Notes: generated by a model not told the origin, from the sequence alone. A DNA stretch of 63,785 nt, filler included, from Globobulimina sp. (GCA_003354225.1; 45 parts of 45 records of this genome joined end to end with filler, not necessarily neighbours in it), one strand, 5' to 3'. Shown: positions 11,366 to 24,145, counted from the first letter of the whole stretch. Program-made: numbers and translations.

Positions 11366-12685
11366 ATGGATGCTTCATGCACTGATTTAACAGCTAATTC
11401 CCAAATTTATTGTCCTAATAACGCATCATGTAGCACCATATGCAAATCACCCAATCTATGCACATACATATCATCACAGTTTGAACCCAGCATATATCCA
11501 TACACAAATTCAATATCATCCATATACTGCACTACTAACAGCAACCCCACAGCCTGTCAATTAACAAAAGATACACCAAATCCCACACAAAGCACCATTT
11601 ACCTCTCAACAACGTCCAGCAACAACAATGTTTAGCACACACATACATAATATACAAAATCCACATGTTTTCGGTACAAAAAAATACACATAAAAACATC
11701 TAAGGATTTGGTGATTCGCTTGGATCAAAATACTGTATGGACCATCATCGTGTTAACAATTATTTGTTTATTTGGATGCATTATATGTTGCATAGCGAGA
11801 ACATTTTGGAAATTTCATAAAAAAACTGCCATCCCACCACATAGACAAAACCACCACGACCACAACAACGAGAACCATCACAACGACAATGCTCAGAATA
11901 TAAACAAACAGGATATGAAGCAAGAAATACACATAGCAATGACCCAACTAAATAATAATATAAGTAAACAGAACGAATCATTGACATCAACGTCATCACC
12001 GTCTGTCACTGCGTCCAATGGCCAGTCCAAAACTATCACCATCAAACACCCAAAACACAACCACCAATCTGAACCACCGCCCATTATTTATAACAATTAT
12101 CCGCACAAAATAGCACTACAAAGCAAACGGAGTATGCCTCCAAATTATGTGCAACCACCACCGCACAAAAAACATCAATATTCCCAACGCAGTTCAGTAT
12201 ACAATACAAGTGTTTTTGTGCAAAAAACGCGTTTTTGATCGACCAAACTGTTTCTGTAGAAAAATTATAAATTGTATACAGGATCATACCCACAAAAAAA
12301 GAACAAGAAAGCGCCGATAAAATACCATAATGTGCGTATGCCGAATTTAGAACGGCATCAAATACGGAATGTTACCATGATCGGTGACGGCGAAAGAATT
12401 AATATAAAAGAGATTATCGGCACCCATACGTACATAGATAGAGACGCCAGAGACTCATTAGACAGCGACGACGACATCGGTCCGCATATTATCAATGACG
12501 AGGAATCTTATATGCATTCATTGACCTTAGCACAAGTGGAAAATGCCACCGCCGCACATAAGGACTATGATGAGCTACAGCCGCGGCATGAATTCATTGA
12601 TGGCATTCCGGAAATATTCCCGCATCATAACAATAAGCGGAAAATGATGGTTTCAAATCCCTTTCACATTGAAAGTCATCGCAGT
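11366..12685 (+). CDS. Multi-exon type I membrane protein (Cys-rich ectodomain, TM, low-complexity tail)
   Basis: Cys-rich exon, TPNPT stalk, TM WTIIVLTIICLFGCIICCI, short AT-rich introns. Confidence 0.6.
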
Positions 12686-13141
12686 NNNNNNNNNNNNNNN
12701 NNNNNNNNNNNNNNNNNNNNNNNNNNNNNTTAATTAATTAANNNNNNNNNNNNNNNNNNNNNNNNNNNNNNNNNNNNNNNNNNNNCGTAGATTCGTACTT
12801 TTTGTATTCAAGATACGCTTGAATATGAGCCTTAATAAGAGATATGGAATGATAACAAACACAAAATGCTAACAACCTTTAAATATTGACCTGTGCTGCT
12901 CCATCCAGTTTCATTATTGAACTCATATTATGGAATAAAGAATAAAAACTTTGCAAGATGCTAGAGTCTCATCTTTAATCAGTGAAACAGTAATTGAGTA
13001 TTATGGTGAATTTAGAATGAGGTCATTCAACACACGAAGTCCTCTGTCTCTCCAGATTGCTGTGCAAGCAGTTCATGCCAGACACCTCTATATATAGCAA
13101 ATTAATGGAATATTATATTAACATACAAAATAAAAGTATTC

Positions 13142-14105
13142 TTAACCGTACCCGTGTGATTTATTAAAATCGATATCTATTTCATTTAACGCATTGGCAA
13201 TGTTTTGTATTACTTGTTGCGGTTCATCCACATGTATATTATGACCGCAATTTGCAATCGTTGTTATTTTCATATTTGGAAATCTTTGATAAATTTTGTC
13301 TTCACAGTTTGCGTCTGCCCAATGAGAAGTTTCTCCCCTTAATAGGTACGATGGTCCATTATATTTTGCATTTGCATCCACCGGAAATGCCACAATATTA
13401 TCTATTTCAGCTAACATTGCATCGACATTTGTTTTCCAGTGCCATTGCCTTTTAATATTATTATCCATATTCTCATCCAATGGAACAAACGGTTTGGTTA
13501 AGAATTTTAATTCCATCCAACTCAAAGAAGGCAATTTTAAAGACAGAAATTGTTCTATTTCTTTCCGATTTTTCCATTCCACTGATTCCATTGTTTTAAA
13601 TAATTGTAATGTTCCAATAAATTGTTGTTTCCGGGATTCATATGATATTGGTGCTATTTTTTGTTTTTTTATTATTTTTACAAACGTTTTTGAGTATAAA
13701 TTGATAACAAAAACATACCGATATCTAAAGCTATGATACTTGACACGAACTGAGAGTATTGCAAGGCAGCGAAATATCCTATTTTAGCTCCATAAGAGTG
13801 TCCAATCCAGATTGCGGGTTTGCTGATTCCTACCATGTGCATAAAATGTATTACGTCCTCCACCATACACTTTAAAAATAAATAAATAAATAAAAAAAAG
13901 CAATATAGTTATTGTCACAGTGCCACACAATATATTTGTTAACTTTATATTGCATATCATTTCTATGGAAACTGTCACCATGATTTCGTAAATCCAACAA
14001 GAAGCATGTTCTATCAGTATTTATCAATGGTGAATTTGCAATATGTCTCAGATTTGATTTACATCCAAAAAATCCATGTAACATCACAATTGGTAATTTA
14101 ATTGA
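13142..14105 (-). CDS. Alpha/beta hydrolase, ABHD11/YbfF-like, multi-exon
   Basis: LHGFFG, DLRNHGDS, GHSYG nucleophile elbow, GHNIH catalytic His. Confidence 0.9.
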
Positions 14106-14205
14106 NNNNNNNNNNNNNNNNNNNNNNNNNNNNNNNNNNNNNNNNNNNNTTAATTAATTAANNNNNNNNNNNNNNNNNNNNNNNNNNNNNNNNNNNNNNN
14201 NNNNN

Positions 14206-14618
14206 AATATAAGGGAAAGACGATATTGCATCAGGCATGTATGCGTATTAAAGATGATATGGATTTATTTAATGAATTGGCCACAGCAAATCAACAACAT
14301 ATTAATACAAAGGATAACTATGGAGATACACCATTACATAAGGCAGCATATAATGGAAATATTGATGCAGTAAAATGGTTGGTAGAGCATAATGCAAATT
14401 TAAATGAAAAGAATAGATGGAAACAAACACCAATGATTTACCATGCAGAAGGTAATAAATCTAAAAGTGTAGATATTATTAAATATTTACTTAGAAATGG
14501 TGCTGAAACTCATCATAAAGACGAAGATGGCAAATCATTATTGGATTGGTGCAAAGAGAAAGATGCAACAAAGTATAAAGAGATTATATTAATGTTAGAA
14601 AATGACAGTAAACAATAA
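14206..14618 (+). CDS. Ankyrin-repeat protein, C-terminal part
   Basis: DNYGDTPLHKAAYNGNIDAVKWLVEHNANLN. Confidence 0.92.
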
Positions 14619-15099
14619 GTATTATAATACCTTTGCCCTCTTTGTGGAAAAGTAAATTGTATTCATCTGCTTCTTCTTGAATAACTTTATAAAAATTCTG
14701 CCTGCACATTATCGTTAGCGTTGGTTCTGTAAAAAGCGGAATATTTATCATTTTCTGAGAGAGCATGCAGTGTATTTGGGTTGGTTTTGGCTGGAGTTTG
14801 TGTGGTTGGGCTGGTATTTCAGGGTTTTCAAATGTTGGTTAGATGCACCATTCTCGCTATTGCTCAGTTGCTTAGTTTGCTTTTTTGCTAATATAATAGA
14901 TATTGTTAAATATGCTTAGTTGCTTAGTTGCTTAGTGTTAAGCAATTTATTACTCACCAATTACTACTTAATTGCTTAGTGATAATGCAGCTATACCATA
15001 TTCCATACCTATATATATATATATATACCTAGGTACTACTCAAACTAAGCATACCAAGCAGATTAATGTAACTGCTTAAATTGTTATTATAATATGGTT

Positions 15100-15262
15100 C
15101 TGTGGATTTTAGGTGCCTTTTAGGGGTGAATTTATTGGTGGATATTAGGTGCATTTTAAGTATTTTTTATGATGGATTTTAGGGATATTTAAGGTGGATT
15201 TTATGGTTTGTTTTAGGTGCATTTTATGGTGCATTTTATGGTTGATTTTAGGTGCATTTTAT
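15100..15262 (+). repeat. Degenerate 11-12 nt minisatellite GGTG(C/G)ATTTTA(T)
   Basis: More than 10 imperfect copies; TGCTTAGT repeats nearby (14860-14980). Confidence 0.7.
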
Positions 15263-15664
15263 TTTAATTTTCCTTTTCGTTTGCCATCGTTTGAAAAGGG
15301 CTTTGCGAGGAGTACGAACTTTAGTTAGTTGTCGAACTGATTAGACTCCTGCTAACTAACTTTTTTCTGTGAGCTATAACTTAAACGTTCAATTACATGT
15401 CACTTCCGCTTTAGTTTGCCAACTTTAAATCGGTTTCCCATTAATGAATTTAACCCAATTTAGTATTAAATTCATATGAAACCGATTCAAAGCAATCTAA
15501 AATTCGCCTCTCCAGATTTACTTTTNNNNNNNNNNNNNNNNNNNNNNNNNNNNNNNNNNNNNNNNNNNNTTAATTAATTAANNNNNNNNNNNNNNNNNNN
15601 NNNNNNNNNNNNNNNNNNNNNNNNNATATTATATAGTCCCTTAAATTACAAAATATGTACAACA

Positions 15665-16945
15665 TCATGTATGCAGTGATACAGACGGCAAAGCCATTAA
15701 TTCAATGCCAACCTTTGGATTTTGTTTATTGTTTGGAGAGCCAGACGGTGACTGTTCAGAGACTATATCTGTAACTACAGTAATTTTAGAACCTGTTGCA
15801 TTGTTGTCAGCACTCTTTGAATCTACACTAAATTGTGTGGTAACAAAATGTTTTAATTTGTTTCTTGCGCCCTTATGGCACGAAAGTACAATTTGTGCGC
15901 CAACACCCAAACTGGCCGCAATTATCCACGAATAAAACCAAAATGGAGAGGCTTTATGACTTCTTTCTGGACAAATAACCTCCGGATTTAACAATATCTT
16001 AGAAATTTCACATTGCAATGTTTGTCTCAGCGATTCACGAAATTCATCGGAAGTTATCCTAAGATAAAACCTAATGGCAGTCCAATCCAATAATAATAAA
16101 CAAAAAAACATAATAATCGCATAACATATCACTCTGTTCAATAAACCCCGTATATTTCGACCAGGAGAGTCAGACACTTTTGATCGTGCAGACAAGTCTT
16201 TTTTTAATAAATATATAGCGCCACATAAGAATAAACAGGAAAATATACTCGAAACAATAAACGGTAAAGCCACAAATGCGAATAACATATCCGTATTCGA
16301 TGCAGGCAGACATACACCTGACACATACAACAAATTCCATAATCACGCTCCAAACATATATATATATATAAGCACATACCCATTGGCCATACACCACAAA
16401 AACTTGATGTTGCTAAGGCTGTGATATCGAGCAACAAAACAAATGCCACAACCATCAGATGCCAATATTTGGGCTGAATGTCCCATACAACTGCCGAAAT
16501 AACACAAATGATAATAAAATTGTGTAGCACATAACTGCGAGGATTGAAGAATAGAACAATACGCCATGGACATTACATGCTGCATTCCTGCCATGTATAG
16601 GATTATACCATGTATATTCTGCCTCAGCTCTGGCATGTGAACAGACGATGGACTCTTTCCCAATGACTTCACCAATGCTCATTAAGAGTACAATGGAAAA
16701 TAAACAAAGTAGCAAGGTATTGTACTATTAAAAATAGCATTGCTACCATACACAATGCACAGCCTATAACTTTAAACAAATCAATCACATTTTGTTCCTG
16801 CTCCGTTAAGCCATAAAAGTGTGCTCCTGTACTGCATGCTAACCCGCAATTTTCTAATGAGACATTAATGGACATGTCCAAACCTGTGATGTTTTGTAGA
16901 CTTATTGTTGAGCCATGCGGTAAAGAGCAGGGCAAGTGATATTCA
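15665..16945 (-). CDS. Frizzled/Smoothened-like 7TM receptor, frame-disrupted
   Basis: CGLAC linker, IGKESIVC, ACNVHGVLFY, KYWHL, GVC, LPF; frame breaks near 16720 and 16485. Confidence 0.65.
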
Positions 16946-17172
16946 NNNNNNNNNNNNNNNNNNNNNNNNNNNNNNNNNNNNNNNNNNNNTTAATTAATTA
17001 ANNNNNNNNNNNNNNNNNNNNNNNNNNNNNNNNNNNNNNNNNNNNGAAAAAATAAAGTAACTAAGTATAGTAAGTAAGTTTAACAATATTTGAGTGATAT
17101 ATAACATCGTTAATAAATACCACACAATGAACGTAGTAAAAGAAAACATATTAATTTTAATGCATATATAAA

Positions 17173-17808
17173 TTAAACTGAGGTTGAATGTACGAAATCA
17201 TATGTATCCATATTAGCAAATACATAAATATTATTTACTGGCGGTGCTGCCGCAGAAAATAAATATTGAGGCGCTATAATAGTGTTTGATAGGGTGGTGC
17301 TCGAAATTGAATCTTTTCTTGCCGGTGGCTTTGGAAGAGGTGAGTGTCCGTTGTATCTTCGGATACCCATAAACCCGGACCGATCATCTAAATCCACACT
17401 ATATGATTTTCTTGTTTTTAGTCTTTGTTTCTTTTTGTTGGCTGCATTTTGTTTCTTTTTTTTGTTCCTGTTTCTGGTGATATTACTGTTTTTCTTTCGA
17501 TAAATTGTTACTGGTAATTCCAAGATAGGTGCATTTGTATTTATTTCCAGTTCAATTGTTGCAGCTCCTTTTGTTTCTGTATTGGGATTATTTGTTATTG
17601 GTATTTCCTTTATATTGTGTTCGGAAATGATTTTGTTTGGAATGACTCTTTTAATCGAAACCGTTTTTGTACTGTTAACGTTATCCGATTTATGCTCCGT
17701 TCTTGTTGGGTTTGATGTAATTTGTTTATTATTAAATTTTGAATCATTATCAGCTTCAGATTTCGCATTTTTCGATGCTATCATTTTTCGTCCAAAACAC
17801 GAAAACAT
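17173..17808 (-). CDS. Hypothetical low-complexity protein
   Basis: 211-aa ORF with ATG, Lys/Asn/Thr-rich. Confidence 0.5.
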   Translation of the reverse strand: MFSCFGRKMIASKNAKSEADNDSKFNNKQITSNPTRTEHKSDNVNSTKTVSIKRVIPNKIISEHNIKEIPITNNPNTETKGAATIELEINTNAPILELPVTIYRKKNSNITRNRNKKKKQNAANKKKQRLKTRKSYSVDLDDRSGFMGIRRYNGHSPLPKPPARKDSISSTTLSNTIIAPQYLFSAAAPPVNNIYVFANMDTYDFVHSTSV

Positions 17809-17912
17809 GATGCAAACTTTTTAAATTTAAGTTTAAATAAATGTTTTTTTCACATAACTGACACAAGATTGTACTACAGATTGGTATTCATAGTTTCCAT
17901 CCTGTGTGGAAT

Positions 17913-18057
17913 AAGAAAATCAGAGTTTCAGCGTCAGATTTTTATTGTTTCTGAGAAATGATGGCAAACTTATACATTTTTACCTTTCACTCACCAGAAA
18001 CAGTTTGCTTCGACCGTTGCCCAATAAAAATATGACGCCGAAAACAGGATGCTCTTT
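17913..18057. mobile_element. MITE-like element, copy 1
   Basis: Inverted ends TTTCAGCGTCAGATTTTTATTG ... CAATAAAAATATGACGCCGAAA; homologous copy at 21306-21436. Confidence 0.75.
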
Positions 18058-18477
18058 GACTTTCTGTTTCAAATATCAGATCGCAAAACCGTCATTTGAG
18101 TGATCTGAAACTACACAACTATAATTAAACTATAATTAAACATTAAAATCCACTTTTTTTTTCATCTTCATCTAAACTTTCGTATTTTTTTCTACTACAA
18201 ATTATTATTCGTGTTTCATAATATCCAGGATACATTTCAAGTATTTCTTTATCTTTATCAAAATAATTTGAATTAAATAATAATGGTTTCTTAATATATT
18301 GTGGCGGATTGACATCATCAACATATAAACATTGATTATATTCATTATCCCCCCATAAATAATATNNNNNNNNNNNNNNNNNNNNNNNNNNNNNNNNNNN
18401 NNNNNNNNNTTAATTAATTAANNNNNNNNNNNNNNNNNNNNNNNNNNNNNNNNNNNNNNNNNNNNATAAAAGCAAGT

Positions 18478-19471
18478 ACCCATAGAGTCCAATTTTACTA
18501 TAATCGGCATAATCTAATACTGGATCAATTTTGCCTTTTTGAGATTTAATGGTTGAAATGGTGGTTGCCACATCTTCATAGAACCGCTGACAGTATTTAA
18601 GAGGGCAAGATTTGGGCCCTGCAATAATATATCCATACGAACATACAACGTCCCATAATTCGGAATGAAATGTGTATGTTACTGCACCGCCTCCTGCCAG
18701 ACTATGCGCACTGCAAATATATATATCATATATGTTAACATTGACAATATATATACACTCTATCTTCAGTAATGATTCACATGGATTTCAATGATAAGTA
18801 TATCTATCATTTGAAAGCTCTAATCGAGTATATCTAGTTCATATGGTATTGAATATATGGTCAAAATGTATTCTAATGGACAAATACATGGAAGCACATA
18901 CAAAAAATCTAATTCCGCGAATATTTATTGAATTGGTCTCGTTCAAACGAGATTGGAATCAGGATTCGATTCTTTATCATATAACTAAAATAGCAGAAGG
19001 AAATTTTCGTTGAAGATGGTCACCTCAGTTGTATGCAGTATGCACCTCCGTTTATCTGTCCATTATAATACATTTTGACCAATATAATCAAAACTAATCA
19101 GTGGGTTTCCACCATATGAACTAGCTATAGCTCGATCAGAGCTTTCAAATGATATACTTATCGTCTTCTGGTGATGAATATTGATCGAATAGTGATGATT
19201 TCTGTTTAATATGTGAAGATAGAGTGCAATATAATAATATGGAAACATGGACAATTGGACAGTCACTAAACAATGTTAAAAATGGTAGGATTGTTTTATT
19301 TGCATAAGCTTTTGTCGGATATGCGATCACTGCGTCTTGGGATCCTCCTGCTACAAAACCACCAATGCGGACACTTTTATGAGAGCATCCTCTATTACCC
19401 CATGGACCATACTTGGGTGGTACGTCACTAAACACTGCCTGACACAACAATAAAATTGCTAATATTAACAT
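18478..19471 (-). CDS. Secreted chlorophyllase/cutinase-like alpha/beta hydrolase, N-terminal exons; intron 18711-19271
   Basis: Signal peptide; AVIAYP...PFLT|FAHSLAGG...SYGYIIAGP...DYSKIGLYG restored by a GT-AG splice. Confidence 0.7.
18790..19165. mobile_element. Intronic foldback/MITE-like element
   Basis: 18790-18882 is a diverged inverted copy of 19057-19165 (ATCATTTGAAAGCTCT...GGTCAAAATGTATT.TAATGGACA). Confidence 0.75.
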
Positions 19472-19915
19472 GGTTTGAAGTTGTTAGTTTTCTTTTTAAT
19501 ACAACTTCGTTTTGTAATTGACTAGTGTCAACTAACTTTTTTTCTACTACTAATACTTAAATACTCAAAAAGCACTTAGTCCCCCACAACTGGCTACAGG
19601 TCGTCGAATTATTTAGTCTAAATTCCTTGTTTTTAGTTATTTTTCCAAATGTGCTCATTATTTCAATACAAATATAGTTTTCTCGCCACTAAACATCTTG
19701 TTTGTTGTGGACGTGAAACCATATTTGCAAAAATTTGGTTTCGATAACTAAATATGTGATTTTTGTGAAGGTGTACCGTGTTTTTNNNNNNNNNNNNNNN
19801 NNNNNNNNNNNNNNNNNNNNNNNNNNNNNTTAATTAATTAANNNNNNNNNNNNNNNNNNNNNNNNNNNNNNNNNNNNNNNNNNNNAAATGAATATAATCT
19901 GATAAATTCAATTTA

Positions 19916-20173
19916 TCAGATTATATATATAAATTCAATGAAAATATTATTTCTATCCTTGTTTCCTAATAATAACTCATAATATTTTAAGCCATATGCT
20001 ATGCGATATAAACTGCTGCAATTCGCAATAATTTCGGTCGAATTCCCAGTCACAGTGTTGACGTTACATTCTTGTTTATCCTCTAAAAAGAGCGCAAAAT
20101 CAATACTATCCATTGCATTTACGGCCTCTTTCGTTTGTGGTGGTTGTTTGGATGAACTTTTCTTATGCTCCAT
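19916..20173 (-). CDS. Hypothetical protein, first exon
   Basis: MEHKKSSSK...CSSLYRIAYGLKYY; divergent from the kinase gene. Confidence 0.45.
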   Translation of the reverse strand: MEHKKSSSKQPPQTKEAVNAMDSIDFALFLEDKQECNVNTVTGNSTEIIANCSSLYRIAYGLKYYELLLGNKDRNNIFIEFIYII

Positions 20174-20325
20174 TTTGCGTAAACACAATGCAATTTATTG
20201 TTGCGCCATCATAATTATGTTTTTTGTAATTAACAAAACTATATAAGACATATAAGTCCTGTCTCATTCCTGTGCATGTCAGTATTGCAACCGGCAATCA
20301 ATAACAAAACAACCGCATCTGCTCT

Positions 20326-21205
20326 ATGTCAAAACAACCTGCATACAAAGCAGCAACACATAAAAGCAAAACCAAATCCAACACTAAAGTTGGTGCCAAA
20401 AAACGCAACAAATACTCAAAATGGTTTTGTTTTCAAATGCCACAGACATCAAATCCACATTCAACGCATAGTAAATCAAACATAAAACGTACCACATCAC
20501 CTTCATCGCGTATAACATCAAAGAATGACTCAAAATTAGTTTAGTTATTTATAACCTTAATTATAAATTATATTTTTATATTCTCTCAACGCATTAAATA
20601 AGGTCCACAACCTATCATTGTCAGATCGCGGATATACCAAAAAACAGCAAATCACAAAAACACTTCAAGGCGAAATATTTATTGCGGAAAAAGCAAGACA
20701 GAGCAAATCACAATTAATTCATGGGTTTTTTCGCCAAATTATAAATAATTTGGCTGTCGAAACCCATATTATTTGTGATATTTGCTGTCTGTATTACTGC
20801 CAAGAAGTAGCGATAAAACGAACAGATAAAGCATTACATTTCGAGGGTATTACCGTATTAAAAGATGGTACAAAGACCAAAGTGGCAGAAAATATTGTCA
20901 AAGAAGCAAAACTGATGGCAATGTTCATGACTCAAAAGCCACCACAATCATTGATAAAATTTTATGATTTTTTCCAAGATTCAAATAACTTTTATTTGGT
21001 AATGGAATGCGGTGGCAAATCTTTGTTTGATTTCGCCATTCAATGCCATCAGTTGATAAAAGCTGGAATATTATCATTAAAGCAATGGAGAAAATCGGTG
21101 CGCTTAATTTTTGCGAAGATGGTGAGATCTCTGCAGTGGATGCATAATGTGGCACGTTGCTGTGCTTTCGACATTTCTTTGGAGAACATTCTGGTCGGCA
21201 ATGAT
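20326..21205 (+). CDS. Ser/Thr protein kinase, N-terminal part, multi-exon
   Basis: TLQGEIFIA, VAIK, ENIVKE, FYLVME, FDISLENIL. Confidence 0.9.
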
Positions 21206-21305
21206 NNNNNNNNNNNNNNNNNNNNNNNNNNNNNNNNNNNNNNNNNNNNTTAATTAATTAANNNNNNNNNNNNNNNNNNNNNNNNNNNNNNNNNNNNNNN
21301 NNNNN

Positions 21306-21436
21306 GCGTCAGATTTTTATTGGGGTAAGGTATAAGCAAACCGTTTCTGGTGACTGATAAAGGTAAAAATAATATAGGTTTGCCTTCGTTTCTCAGAAAC
21401 AATAAAAATCTGACGCTGAAAACCTGATGCTCTTTA
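21306..21436. mobile_element. MITE-like element, copy 2 (opposite orientation, cut by contig start)
   Basis: GCGTCAGATTTTTATTG...CAATAAAAATCTGACGC perfect inverted repeat; interior matches the reverse complement of 17931-18038. Confidence 0.75.
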
Positions 21437-22419
21437 TGAAACACACGATTCAATCTTATGTTATTTCAAATTGTTTAAATCTACGTTTGGCAAAAAGTGT
21501 GCCAGAAACAACGCAAGTTTTTGTTTTGGGCACAGTTTTTACGGCACAAAAAATAAACTGCGACACTAAATCCTCTAACTGTACGTTAACATGTCACACT
21601 TTACTGGAGGTAATGATGTTTATGCTGATGATTCAATGAATGGGGTAAACCATGGTTATTCATATCTGAACAATGGAGGAGTTAAGATTACTTAATTTTG
21701 TATTTAAATTGTTTCATTAAGTTGATGTTCATAACAGCATTTTAATGTAAATTATAATTATCATTTGCATTTAAACGGTGAGCCAATTGCAACAATTACA
21801 ACGAAAGAGGAATTCAATGAGAAATTAATAGGAACTAAAAAAAGATCTAGACATATTGCTGATGATTTGAAGGTATCAACGAATGAGGATATCGATCCTC
21901 CAACAAAGAAACAAAAAATCCAAACCGACACAAATAATATCATTGATACAAAAACCAGGAATGCATTAATCGATACATTGATGCCGCAATTAGCCGCGCA
22001 AAGTGTTCATTGGGTAAAATGTTTAAAAAATAAAACGATACAAATTAAAGCACACAATAAAACGATACAAATCATTGTTTATGTGGAAAAAAATTCATTG
22101 TTACGCCACCTAAAATCAATCCGAAAACAGGGAAAAAAGTGTATACCAATCTTGCTGTTTCACATCTAAATCAGCACATGTTGTGGCACATTAGATCTTA
22201 TTTTGGTTTAACACCAAATCCCAATCAATTGAAATGAAATAAAATAAATCTAAATGATCTTTTTCTATTGTGCGAGTTGCATAAAATAGCATACATAACA
22301 TAAGTGATTGGTGATTAAAACAAATTTTTAAATGTGGTCCACTGCTAAAGCAATGTGCATATTCTGCTGTCGTTTGCTGCTAGTTTTGAAGACAGAGTTT
22401 TCAGTACAATATTATATTA

Positions 22420-22625
22420 TATGATTTACTTACTGCTTGCATCAGTGTTGCAGATGTAACAACGGATGTATTGGTGGCATACAGTTTTTACACGAGTGGA
22501 AAAGACGCATTTTTCTATTTATCAGTGATAATTATGATATTAGCTCAACTCGCATATACAATAGCATTCACATTACGTTTTGCGGAATCGAGTAATGTAT
22601 CAATTAAACGCAAAATTCTAGTCTT
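22420..22625 (+). CDS. Multi-pass membrane protein fragment
   Basis: ASVADVTTDVLVAYSFY...FFYLSVIIMILAQLAY. Confidence 0.45.
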
Positions 22626-22808
22626 NNNNNNNNNNNNNNNNNNNNNNNNNNNNNNNNNNNNNNNNNNNNTTAATTAATTAANNNNNNNNNNNNNNNNNNN
22701 NNNNNNNNNNNNNNNNNNNNNNNNNAGAAAATAAAATGATATCCATAATAGAAGGTTTGCAATCATTTTATATCATTGTACGATACTTTTAGTTTAAGGA
22801 GACCTATT

Positions 22809-23088
22809 GTGTCACAAAAAGACCATACAGTTTCACTCGGTTTCACAAACCGAAAATTCCCGGCAGGCGTACATATCTGCCAGATATTTAATGCTGACGA
22901 TGAACGGCAGGATGCTCTTCTGAAATTTATCGTCAGTGGACTTACATCTGGTGAAAAGACCTGCTGTTTTTCAGAAAAAATAACTGCAAATGATCTGGAT
23001 GAAGGTTTTGGAAATTTCGGCCTCTCTTACCAGGAGGTTTGCGAATCGGGAGCTTTTATGCTATCCGAAACAAAGGATATCTATTTCA
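22809..23088 (+). CDS. Bacterial MEDS (DcmR-like sensory) domain protein, N-terminal fragment
   Basis: AAGGAG RBS + GTG; LGFT...PAGVHICQIF..DDER...LKFIVSGL.SGEK...F. Confidence 0.8.
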
Positions 23089-24045
23089 ATTATCTCGACG
23101 CGACAAAAAACAGAAACTGATAAAACAAAAAGAAAAACAAAAACAAAAATGGATGAAACGGTGGTTTATTATTTATGACAGAAAAGAATTGAGATATTTT
23201 AACAATGCAAGCAAGCAAACTGCATTAGGCATTGTCATATTATCCAATCTAACTTCGATGAGTAAATCTGAGGATTATAAGGCCAAGAAAAAATATGGAC
23301 AGTTGTTGTATTTAATAAAATTACAGTTTGAGAAAACAATCATTATATTGGCTTCATTAAATAGTAAAGAAAGGGACGAATGGTACGATCAAATCTGTTA
23401 TGTACTGACTCACAAACAAAAGCCGCAAAAATCACCAAAGTCATTACAAAATATGAGTTTATTAAAAGTGCCAATCAATGGCAAACAAGCAAATCGCAGC
23501 CAGTCTGCGACCATTACAGCAAATGCAAGGACAAAATCAAAAGCAAAACACACAAAAAAGGAAATTGAAGCAGTTATCACGCCGTCTATATCTATCTCAC
23601 CGTCATCAACATCGATGCGCTCATCGTGTTGTACTACGAATAATATCCATGTGCATAATATGGACGATATCGATGATATATATCGGACTGTGCACCAGCT
23701 ACAAAATGAGATGTTGTATTTAAAAGTGCAAACTGCCACAAATGGAGATGGCAAACAACAGCATAAATGTGAGGACGATGTAGATAATGAATTGTTAGAT
23801 GTTGATCAATATTTGATTTTAGACAAAGATTGGCGGAATTGGAGCTATTTGGAAATTGTTGAATGGATTACAAATTTGGAATATGGCAGATATCACAAAT
23901 ACAAAATGATATTGTTTAAAAATATGAAATTCAGGGAAATGAAAGGCATATTTTTACCAAAAATCGACAAAATTGATTTGTCGCATTTCTTTGGTATTAC
24001 ACACTTTGGCGATGCAAGCGATTTATACAAACAAATTCGAAAACA
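23072..24045 (+). CDS. Eukaryotic PH-domain + SAM-like protein fragment
   Basis: KGYLF...WMKRWFII...LRYF...LGIVIL...ERDEWYDQI (PH); W.NWS..EIVEWI...GI..FGD (SAM). Confidence 0.8.
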
Positions 24046-24145
24046 NNNNNNNNNNNNNNNNNNNNNNNNNNNNNNNNNNNNNNNNNNNNTTAATTAATTA
24101 ANNNNNNNNNNNNNNNNNNNNNNNNNNNNNNNNNNNNNNNNNNNN

